Below, in pieces: positions 28,301-40,300 of a stretch of 64,000 nt of DNA. Source of the DNA: Pocillopora damicornis (Eukaryota); NCBI RefSeq assembly GCF_003704095.1, contig NW_020845673.1, positions 124,001-188,000 of the forward strand. The letters are read 5' to 3'. The translations under genes and the position numbers were made by a program. How positions within the stretch are numbered: position 1 is the first letter of the stretch; every line of letters begins with the position of its first letter. Under the pieces are notes generated by a model. The model did no database searches. It saw only the letters and a program-made list of their open reading frames with translations, and was not told the origin of the DNA.

Positions 28301-31300
28301 GAGTTTTACGGTTGTTTCACAGGTGAGCATCATTTAAATTTAATTCACTTAAAGTTGGAAAAATACTGAAACGTTTTGGCGAGATATGAAGTTTTTACTT
28401 TGTCTCTGTTTTGCTCTTAAGATCGGTGTGTTATGCCTTTGGGTATGGAAGATCGTCGTATCCTATCGGGTCGTCTTCGTGCCTCGTCGTCGTACAACTA
28501 CAACCACGGACCCGACCGAGCGCGTCTGAACATCATTAATGGTCATGGACGAACAGGGGCCTGGGTAGCCAGGCTTCGAAGTGCCAACCAGTGGCTACAG
28601 ATTGACTTGGGCCAGAGTAGTATCATAAAAGGAATCGCTACACAAGGAAGGAGAGAAGCTAATCAATACGTGAGAAGTTACACACTCTCGTATAGTCGCT
28701 TTGGAATGAGATTCAAGGCTTATGTATCCTACGGAAGAGTTAAGGTACGAACAATCGGCCTGTAAAACTATCCTTAAGACCTTTCACCCTTATATCAGTA
28801 TGCATATTCTGCATAATGTTCTCCATACACTATCTACAGGGCTGATAAGGAGATTCTGTTTAACAGTCAAGAACTCTTTATGTTGGTGATCATTTTTCCT
28901 TATTCTCGTGACCTTAATGTTTGATTCAGAAATAATACTGTAAAGATAAATTAGATTTGAGTCACTCCTATATTGGGGTACAGAAAGATCACAGTTTGAT
29001 GAAATGTGTGAAAATAAATAGAACTGAAGGTGGCAAATTGGAGAGAAATCAGATGCCAAATGCAACATGTTTACTGAATTTCTTATCATGAGCGTTTAGT
29101 TTGTGGCTTTAGATACTTATCTGTGATCTCTACAGGTATTCCGAGGTAACTACGACATTTATCATACGGTGGGGCACAAGATCATGCCAGCAGTAAAAGC
29201 ACAGTTTGTCCGAATTTACCCAAAGTCGTGGTACAGCTATATAGCCATGCGTGTGGAACTTTATGGATGTCGCCTGCGCGGTAAGGCTCAAGCATATCAG
29301 TTAAGAATTAACATTCATTTTAACTCATAAGAAATTCAATTTCAAGACTATAAAGAGATAAAAACTCTTAGGATTTTATTCATTTTAGATCAGAGGCGTA
29401 CAAAAAATTCAAAAAGATTTTCAAAAGCCATTTTACATTTCTGTGAAACTTTTGTTTGTCACGCTTGAAAATTAAAGGCTATTTAACACACAAATGTACC
29501 AGCAATGTGTCCCCTCAAGGAAATTGTCTTGTCCATTTACTCCAGAACGATTTTGCGACAGTCCTCTTGGCCTTCAAAACAATCGAATCAAAAATGCCGC
29601 CATTACAGCCTCGTCTCGGTGGGATGCGAACCATTCTCCTTGGTTGGCGCGACTTCATCGTCCGCGTCGAGGTCGGTTTATTGGGGCCTGGTCCTCTAGA
29701 CACAATAATCATAACCAATGGCTGCAGGTAGACCTGGGAAGGTCAATGAAGGTGACGGGAATTGCTACTCAGGGTCGATACGACGCTGACCAGTGGGTTA
29801 CGGCGTACTATCTGTATTACAGTGCGGATGGAGTCAACTTTGCCAAAGTAAAGCATTGGTGGAATTATGTTAAGGTACAACAGTAATCATTTTCTAAATG
29901 CTAATTGCAGTTTTGATATACCGTAAACGAATCAAAAATTTTGACAATATCAGCTGGGGCTATATTATGCGGATATGTAATCAAATTTTTAGGACCAGCC
30001 AACCAAGGGTTTGGTTATCTGTTTAGTAGAGTTAGCTTTTAGATCCTGCAAGGTCAAAGGTTTGTTAAACAGTCTGAGACAATAGCGGTTATCATTACCG
30101 CCTCTTTTGTTAGGCCAAAACTCAATCAAAAAAGCTCAATCAGCTCATCATTTATCGTGTTGCAAGTGACCTGAATAGCGGTTGATTCTCTCTTCTCAGC
30201 TCTCTCTAAAGGCATTTGTACGTTTTTCAATATTTATCAATACTTCCACGATTTTCTTCGGTTCCATAGACTTTCCAAGGCAATCGAGACCGACTGTCTG
30301 TCCAAACACATCCAATTGATCCACCACTGTACGGCCGATATGTTCGAGTGATACCACGAGGATGGAAGTCCCACATTTCCATGAGACTGGAATTGTATGG
30401 AGCACCATGGAGTAAGTTTTGCAACCTACGTACTTCTTATTACGAGTTCAATGTCCGTACTGTAAGTTACGGCCAGAGTTTTTTCGTGCTCAGGCCATAA
30501 ATCTGAGCGGGAAAAAACTGAGGTTCCGTATCGTGGGCTCCTTTAATTTGTTTTATCAAGTGTATCAGTAGTCAAGATTTACGGTCAGACCTTTTTTCAA
30601 AGGCAACCTATAAGGCGTAACAGCAAATAGGGTTCGATATGAAGGTATACTGATACCATATTGTTTCTGCAAGCTACCAGCCAGTCTCGTTTTGACACTG
30701 AACATTCTTGTTAACTGATAACAACACGTATTTCTCATAGATCGTTGTGACATGCCACTCGGTGTAGAGGACGGCCGTGTTCCAGATCCACTCATGCGCG
30801 CCTCATCGTTCTACAACTACTACTGCAGCCCGTTTAATGGTAGACTTAACAGACGACGTTATGGCCGATACGGAGGGGCCTGGTGCGCAAAAAGACGAGA
30901 CAGACGTCAGTGGCTGCTGATAGATTTTGGCGCGGCTACCAAAGTATCACGTGTTGCCACTCAGGGAAGACAGAACTCCGCTCAGTGGGTGACGAGTTAT
31001 TACATATCGTACAGTAAAAATGGGTATAAGTACACACCTTATAGAGAGGGCAGGCGTACTAAGGTAAGATCATCTTTGAATGGTCCACAATCGATACTTT
31101 TGGATGTATTAGTATGTATATTCCTCACAGTGTTCTCTGAACATTGTTTATGATAATGACCAAGATAATTTTATGAACAATCAAGAGAGTCTTCGGTTGG
31201 TGATCAGTTCTTGTACCATAATGTTGATTCTGCAGTGATATTGAAAAGGGAAACTAGGTGCGAGTCACTCTTGTGTCTTGCTCAGTGCACATCACTGACA

Positions 31301-34300
31301 ATCAACATGGTTGAAAAAATAATCAAATAAACGTTTCTCAAAATAGACAAAAATGGTTTTAACTGAAGGTTTTTTACTTGTTTGTCGTGTTGTGTCGCTT
31401 CTTTCCAATCTCCCTACTTGATTTTAACCATAAAGTGTTAAAATGATGTTGCTCAGAAACCTAAAAATTAATTTACTCTTATGTCTTTCAGATATTCCAG
31501 GGTAATTATGATCGGTACATTATCGTTCGTCACAAACTGGCGAGACCCATAACAGCACGCTTTTTCAGGATTCATCCAGTCACGTGGTACGGCTGGATCT
31601 CAATGAGAGTGGAATTTTATGGTTGTGTAGTCGGTAAGTGTACACTTACATCCGGGCATCAGTAATAATGGGTAAATCATAGGTAGCATCAGTTGATTCA
31701 AAACTCCTAAAACTTTTTTATCTGTTTTAAGGACCAAAATGCGACAAGCCTTTAGGACTGAAAAATGGCCGCATTCGTGCAAACCAACTTACTGCTTCTT
31801 CCAGCTGGGACAAGAACCACGCACCCAACAACGGCAGGCTTCATTTCCGCCGCGTTGGTCATCGAATGGGGGCCTGGTGCGCGCGACATAACAACCGTCT
31901 CCAGTGGTTTCAGGTTTTCTTTGGTCGCCCCACTCGGGTGGTGAAGATTGCCACACAAGGACGACAGGATGCCCGTCAATGGGTGACTCAGTACTATTTG
32001 TCATACAGTCAGGATGGAATACACTATGCAGAATTTAAGAAGAACAGCAATCGAAAGGTATGGACTTCTCTCCTTTTAGCATCTAGTATGCTTTAAGTGT
32101 CACACAATTTAATTGCTTTCCATGAACCTTTTGCGTCTTGTAAAGGTAATATTATTTTCAAATTTGTGCGAAAAGTACGAAAGCTATTAAGAATTTCTGT
32201 AACTAATGCATCCATTGAATCATAAGATAAAAATGGTTCAAAGAAATCTCTCTTTCAAACTTTGTTGAAGTCAAATCCTGCGATTATCATTTCAATTATA
32301 CACTGTTCTGGCAACTTGTCTTCTCATTGGCTAAGAGCTGGTTCTAAGTTCTGGACATCAGGGAACCGTAGCAGTTATCTAGTTGCAGATACCTTCTCTG
32401 TGTTGAGGTCAAATCCTGCGATTATCATATCAACTATGCACTGTACTAGCTACGGGTCTTCTTATTGGCTAAGAGCTTGTTCCAATGGCTGGATGTCAGG
32501 GGACCTTAGCAGTTATCTATTTGTAGATATCTTCTTCATGATCTTCTGCTTCCACACGGCGCCGATGGTTTTCTCCTGCTCTATTCTGATCAAAATGTTA
32601 AGATCGGATGCACCCAAATGTTTAGATGAAGTATCTTTGGGTCGACTTAAGCACATGTTATATGTAAATTCACAATGTAGTATCCAGTGTTTCCTCGTTA
32701 TTTGCAGACACTTTACAATTTCGTCGATTCCTGTAGTTTGCTCCAGATGGAGTGATTATTTCTTTTTGGGTTATTTGCCCTTGTTGTGCTGTCTCATCTC
32801 TCTGTTTTCTGAAGCAACAGCATAAAATATTTCGTAATCCTCGACGATAGCTCTGAACAAATGACAAGCAAATGACGGGATTGATGACAGTCGATGCGTA
32901 ATGGCAAACATCTGCCGTAACTCTTAACACTTCAATCATGGTGCAGGAAAGTGGCAAAACTCTGCTGAAATGTAGGCGAACAAGCATTGCTGGTGAAACG
33001 GACAGGAAATATGTCACCATGGTAACAACGGACAATCGGATGGCTCTTTTTCTCTTCTCGAAAATGTTTCGTTGAATTCTCGGGCCGGAATTCGCCAGCG
33101 ATTTACTTTGCTTATGTAGGGCAGAAGTTATGGCTGCGTATAAAAGTGTTGAGATAAACAACGGGACAAAATAAAGGAGAGTCGTTTGAAACCAAAGATA
33201 TATTGTGAAATATTTTTGGTTAATGGAAACGAACGTTGTGTGTTTACAGCAAGCGTGATTGCCTTCTTTACGAAGATCCAAACTTAGTAGGTATGTAAAA
33301 CAAAAAGCAGCAGCTAGACTCCAAGTAGAAGCAATCGCTATCATACGTATCTTTTTAGAAATAAACCCTAGTCTTACTGGAAACACAACGGCGAAAAATC
33401 TGTCAATAGCTATCCACACGAAGCTTTGGGAGGATACAAGAAAAGAAACTTGGGAGACGAAAATAATAAACTTGCAAGTAATCGATCCAAAGGTCCCACT
33501 AAGGTACCAACGCCACCATGTCGAATTGTTCGCCTTTGCAACGATTTCTACGGGGAGCCAAACTAACGGAAAAACGAGATCAGACACAGCCATGTTCACA
33601 ATAAAATAGTTCACTGTTTTGTGTAAATCCTGGTTTTTGTAAACGATGATGATTATGAAGATATTCCCGAAAAGGCTGCCAAGCAAAAGAAAGCAATACG
33701 TAATAAGTTTGAAGTTGTCCTCGGAAGCGGACAGTTCTTGGTAAGAACAGTTCATTTGCTGATGGTCATGTGTAGTCTCATTAAGACCTTGCATTGTATC
33801 TCGTGGCAACGAAATAGATGTTACTCTGTCAGGTCTCAAGGAAGTGGTATAACCTTTTTGCCTCGACAGGGCCTTGAAAAACCTTTTGACACTTGTGAAG
33901 TAAATTTGAACGTCGGTCCCTAGTCATTTAGAACAGACGAGTTTGTCTTACGGTGTGAAATTCGTTGTGTGCCTCAGTTAATAACAACAGCTCAACTAAA
34001 ATATTTGTTCAAGCTGAATGGTGCTTTTTCCTTCAATCTAATCATGTTGTTTTGCATATTGTAGTGATTGGATCTTAATGGATAAACATCCACTTCTGAA
34101 TTGTTCCATCTGAATAAACAAAGCATATTGAGCCTGGACATTTGATTTAGATTACATTTTCAATTCACATTTTCAATTCTTTTCCGTTGTATTGTTCAAT
34201 AAAGTCTCCACTACATTTTCAATTCATTTCCGTTGTATTTTTCAATGAAGTCTCCAAATTAATTTGTGAGTAGATTTCCCTTAATTCACCGACAATCCAC

Positions 34301-37300
34301 AGTAGCTACTTTTCGAGACACATGAAGGGCAAAGAGACTGAAAGATTATTGAAATGTAGTGTAATAAAACAAAAATGTTGATAATACTGAAAGTAAAATG
34401 ATTTTAAAAAGTTGTGTTTGTGAAGACATTGGACAACAATGTTTGGTCCCCGAAATCTCTGGATGTGGCCGGAAAAGGGAAAAGGAGATCGGTTTCGACA
34501 GAAATGCAGTTTCGCTGCTGAATCAGTCGATTATGCTACCGGTAGTTAATGGTAGGTATAATTCGAGCATTGGACATTTCAGCCGATTCAATTCTTTGTT
34601 CAAACTAGTTCATAATAATAATACCTCGTGGTTGGGAAAGGTGGGGTTTAATGATGATAATGCCAAAGACATTTCTCATGTAGTCTTGCTGCTTTATTCC
34701 TGTATCCAGCTGCTGTTTCTTTATGATCTGCTGCCTTCTCACGCTACGATCATTGTCTCTTGAGAAATTTTTCATTCCTTGTACGTAATTCGCTCTAGTT
34801 TTGCTTTCTCGTTGCTCCGTTTACTGCAGCAGGAACATAAACGTTAGACGAGCGAACTTAAGTACAAAAATGCAAAGGCATTGGTGAAGGCAAAGGTAAA
34901 AGAAGTCCTTTCACGCTTTGCACCCCAACATTATTGGGCCTATACTGTTCTGTATACATTTCCTGTGGTACTGACAAGGATAATTTGTCGAACAACTAAG
35001 AGCTTCTTTGGTTGGTGATCTTTGGTTTTCTTCTCGTGAAATTACTGCAGTACCGCTTTGAGGAGAAATGAAATGCATGGTACGTCTAAGAGTTTAAGAT
35101 TTAATACTTGTAGCCCGCAGTATCCTAGTATTTCCTCGCTTGCAGCAGCAAATTCCGTTCTTCGCCAGTAGTGAGTCGTGATTGCCCGATAATGTTAGAA
35201 AATTTATTTTTGTTCCATGTCCCTTGCTTTTGGTAAATGATAACACCTTTATTTCATTCGATCACAGAGCTAAAAACTGTGATGGCTCTCACTATGTTTT
35301 ACAATATCATTAAAGTTGTCTATTCGGTACAATACACTAAGATCGGATACACTGAAATTGCTTTAGAATTTTAGACTAAGGTATGCTCGGATCGACTGAA
35401 GCGCACAATGTCTGTAAATTTACAAAGCAGTATCCAGTATTTCGTCGTTATTCGCAGACACTTTACAATTTCGTCGATTCCTGCAGTTTGCTGTAGATGA
35501 AGACTTCATTTCTGTTGGAGTTTTTTGCTCTCGTTTGCCTGTCTCGTCTCTCCTTGTCCTGAAGCAATAACATAAAATATTTCGTAATCCTTGACGATAG
35601 CTGTGAACAAATGACAAACAAATGACGGGATTGATAACAGTCGATGCGTATTGGCAAAGATCGCCCATAAAACTCACTACTTTCATTACGTTGCAGGGAA
35701 ATCGAAAAACCTTTCTGTGTTGCAAATAAGAAAGCATGGGTATGGTAACAGTTAGGTAATACGTCACCATGGTAACTGCTGATAATTGAATCGCCCTTTT
35801 TCTCTTCTTGAATACGTTTCGTTGAATATTTGGGCCAGAATTAGCCAGCGCTTTACTTTGCTTATGTAACGAAACAGCTATGGCTGTGTACAAAACTGCT
35901 GATAAAAAAAAAGAACCGAAAGTATTAAGAAACAATTGCATATAATAAGATATTGCGAAGTATGTTTCTTCTGTGATGGCGGAAACCAATTTTACTTCAC
36001 AAAAAGTCTTATTGTCTCTTATGTGAAGATCCTGGCTAACAAGATGATTAGAATTAATAGCGGCTGCCAGAATCCAAGTAGAAGCAATAGCTATGACTCG
36101 TATCTTTCTTGAAACAAGCCCAAGTCTCACTGGAAATAGAATGGCGACAAATCTGTCAATCGCTATCCAGACGAAGCTTTGGGAAGAAACGGCAGGAGAA
36201 ACTTGGGCAACGAAATGTATAGACTTGCAAGTAATCGATCCAAAGATCCCATCAACGTACCAACGCGTTAAAGTCGAACCAGTCGCCATTGAAACAATTT
36301 CAAGGGGAAGCAAAGCCAACGGAAAAACGAGATCAGACACAGCCATGTTCACGATGAAGTAGTTCACCGTTTTTTGTAGGTCACGGTGTTTGTAAACGAT
36401 AATGATTATGAAGATATTTCCGAAAAGGCTGCCAAGCAAAAGAAAGCAGTACATACAAAGTTTGAAGTTGTCCACTGCAGCAGGCAGCTCTTGGTAAGAA
36501 CAGTTCGTTTGCTGATGGTCATGTTCAGTCTCATTAAGACCTTGCAAAGGCATTGTATTTCTTGGCAACGAGATGGATATTACTCTGTCAGGTCTCAAGG
36601 AAGCGGTGTATTCTTCTTTTGACAGAACCTTTAAACACCTTTTGACACTTGTGAAGTAAACTTGAACTTTGTGTAAGTCTTACGGAGTGAAATATGTGCC
36701 TCTGTCAATAAGAACAGAATTCACTTCCAGGAGAGTTGCTCAATTAAAGAAAGCTTCATAGTGCTTTCCTCTCCAATTTAATCATGTTGTTTTGCATTTT
36801 GTAATTATTGGGTCTTAATGGAAAAACACTCGCTACTGAATGGTTCCATCTGAATAAACAAAGCATATCAATCTTGGACTTTTGATTAAGATGTACGTTT
36901 GATTAGGATTAACTTCCATTTAAATGAAAACTGTCTTCTTGACAACATATGTGAAAAAACTATCACCATCTTTGTTCTATTTTTTGAACTTAAGGTTAAA
37001 AATACAAAGAGATAGTAAAATTCCTGAAAAACAGTTCTCATTTACAAATAAAAAAAAACCAGACTCGGATAAAAAAGGAGGCGAAACTAAATCAGGCAAA
37101 CTCCTATAGCATTAAAATTTAAGCTACAGTCATATAAGACTTCATTTGCGTTACGAAATGGCGTTCTCAGCTAACTTGAACAAGGGTAACTCTATCTTGA
37201 GTAACTCTACCTCGAGCTCTCCATTAACTTGAACTAATTTAATTTCCCTTGGCTCAAATTTCCTCTAATAATTCGAACGTCAAAGTGTCAGAACAAAGCT

Positions 37301-40300
37301 CATTTACATACTTATTACTTACTCTCGCGCGATTGAGGAGAACGTGATAACATATATATGAAAGCCTAATACGTTTAGCTTAAAACTTTCCAAGCTAAAC
37401 GTTCTTATAAGACACACTAAACGTACGAAAATGACTGCGGCACAAGAATGGTAAAAAACATGAGTCCTTATTTTTTATTAACGAATGATTGAAATTCAAC
37501 ACTAGCCCCGACTTCATTACAATCTTTTTCCGTTGTATTGTTCAACGCGTTGTAATTAGACCTCCTCGATTTACAAACATTGAACAGCAGCTGTTTCCAC
37601 GACTCATGAAGGGCCAACCGACTGACAGGTTATTAAGCTTAAGATTAAGTGTATGAAAACGAAAAGATGATAATGGAAAATGCTGACTTTGAACAATTAT
37701 GTTAGGTTCTCTAAATCCTTGAGTCTGGTCTAGGGAGAAATAGTTCAGTTTCGAATAAAAATGCAGTTATGCTTCTGAATCAGTCGATTAAGCCACAGCT
37801 TGTTAATGGTACTTGTAATTCAGGCATTTCACTCAAAATCGACCTACGATTGAATCATTCCTGACACAAGTCAGTGTCAAAATCGGTAAAACGGATCAAA
37901 AACCTGCATTTTAAAAGAATATAAATAAACTTACGGCCGTATCTGAACGTGCGCACTGAAGTAAATCATAGATTTGGAGCATGTAGGCTCATTCGCTTTA
38001 AAACAGACAAACAAACAAAAAAACAAGTATTCTTTCTTTCTGTTTTCATCTATTTTGTGCGGATAATGTTGAAAACTGAAGTCAAATAATGTTGTCAAAG
38101 TTACAGAAATTTCTGTATTAAACAAGTTGGAGCAATTGTATAGTTTGTTATTCACTAGAAGGTATCATAGTGATATTAATCGTAAACCATTTTTTTCCAG
38201 TATTTTACGGGGAACAGGGATCAGAACAGTATTGTCCATCACGGTCTCTACCCTAATATCAAAGCTTACATAATCAGAGTTCACCCATGGGGATGGTACA
38301 GACATATCTCCATGAGAGTGGAATTCTATGGATGCACAGAAGGTGAAAATACAACACTATTTTTGGTGATCTATACTATACTAAGAGGCTTTTTTTTACA
38401 ACCTAAGTTTCAGGTACATTTTTTTTAGGAGTGAATGCAAAAATCGGTATTTCATTTTCAGATATTAGGCACTTTTCATATTAACATGGTATGCCTAAAT
38501 TCTCTCCACCCTAAAAATATTTGACGACAGGAACGCAAGAAACAACGGTGATATCTTTATGCTGTAAATGGTTTTCACATTTGATTGTGTAGTCTAATCG
38601 TCCGAGTGAGACTAGTCTTAAGTAGGACTGTTGTCGGTAGTAGTGACTGACGTTTCGACAATCAGAGCGGAAGTTATCAACACTCAGCTCAAGTGAAGAG
38701 TTATAAGTCAGTCGAGTGTTATAAGTCTGGTTTGTAAAAACTGATCGTTCAGTTTATGAAATAACAGGATGAAAAAAAGCTAACTAATGTTCTTCTGGAA
38801 ACTTTTCAGATCGTTGTGCTATGCCACTTGGTTTAGAAGACAAACGCGTGCCAAATGGTCATCTCACAGCTTCTACTTACTACAATCATCATTTGTCTCC
38901 TTGGCACGGCAGACTAAACAGCCGCTGGTCATGGAGTGTGCGAACGAGACGGGTTGGGGAATGGTTTCAAGTGAATTTTGTAGAGCTGATGCGCATAAAA
39001 GGCGTGGCCACCCAGGGAAGACAGGATGCCGCTCAGTGGGTGAGAGCATATTCAGTCCGTTACAGCCCAGATGGAATGAATTTTATACCCTACAAGGAGA
39101 ACCGTGGTGTCAAGGTAGGTGACTTAACCCTGTACACTCTAACATTAGTATGTATAATCTCTATACCATTTTCTTTACATTTCCCATAGAACAGTAAAGA
39201 GATTTTGTTGTAAAATCATCAGGTTCGTTACCAAGCTATCATTTTTTTCTTTTTTCTTGTGACTTTTAATGTTTAATTCAAGGGTAATACTCCAAGTAGG
39301 AAATAAATGCTAGTAACTCTTATGGTTCTAATAGTTAATTATGTTATAAAGCATGATAGGATTTGGTTATTGCTGTTGTTAAATCCTAAAAACTGCAAGC
39401 GCTTAAGCTGCAAGCATTAAATTTACCAGTAAAATGTTCACTTTAATTTTGCATTCTGGTCATAATGTCGTTCCCTTACGCAACTGCGTCACTGTCTTCT
39501 TTCCATTTTTGGACGTCTTTTTGCAGATCTTCACTGCCAACACGGATCGGCACTCAATTGTCTATCATCAATTCATGAGACCCTTCTCAGCCATTTATGT
39601 CCGCATCTATCCTAAGAGTTGGTACAGCTGGATTTCCATGAGAGCCGAGTTTTATGGCTGTTCAGGTACACTTAGATTAGAAAACCTACGAAACAAATGT
39701 TGTGTTTACTGTTTGGTCATCGGGAAGAATGAGACGATATCATAAATCATTCAAAACTGATTGGGCAGCAAATTTGAAGAAGCCGTCGCTTAAAATAAGA
39801 GACGAATGAGCTAAAATTGGCTTAATGGGCTACGTAAAACTCGCTTTTCTGAGTTTCAGAAGGATAAGGTTCAACTTTTGCGCACGGGTTTTGGAAGAAT
39901 AACAGTGTACCTTTCATTTGCACACACACAAAAAATAATATGGGAGATTTGCAACGAAGAAGGACTAACCTTGTACACATGAAAATGCACAAACTCGGTC
40001 AGTCTTGTTTGTTTACTTGTTTTTTGCTTTTGAAAGGAGGAATTTAATGGGATGATATATTGGTGTATGGAAAATGTCAATATGGCTTTTTGCTTAATTT
40101 CCGAAAAGAAACTGTATGGCTTATTTTCTATTAAACATTTTTGGTCTGTCACAGAACACCTTGCTTGACACCCCAACGAGACTTCGTAATCATCACGAAG
40201 TTTATCAAGGACAAATCAGGAATGCATTTAAACTTTATTTATCTTCTTTTATCAGCATCTTTGTGCAACCGTGCCTTGGGAATGCAAAATGGTCGTATTC

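Noticed and set aside
32262-32825. 187-aa + strand ORF with an internal repeat
   Set aside because: Product of the 138-bp non-coding direct repeat plus the antisense of the GPCR 3' end; TTG start and no recognisable domain
33795-33839. 15-aa N-terminal extension of both GPCRs (also 36554-36598)
   Set aside because: Begins at TTG; the first in-frame ATG is more plausible in a eukaryote, although an upstream exon cannot be excluded
33259-36622. + strand ORFs 33259-33609, 36093-36362 and 36386-36622
   Set aside because: Antisense shadows of the GPCR coding sequences
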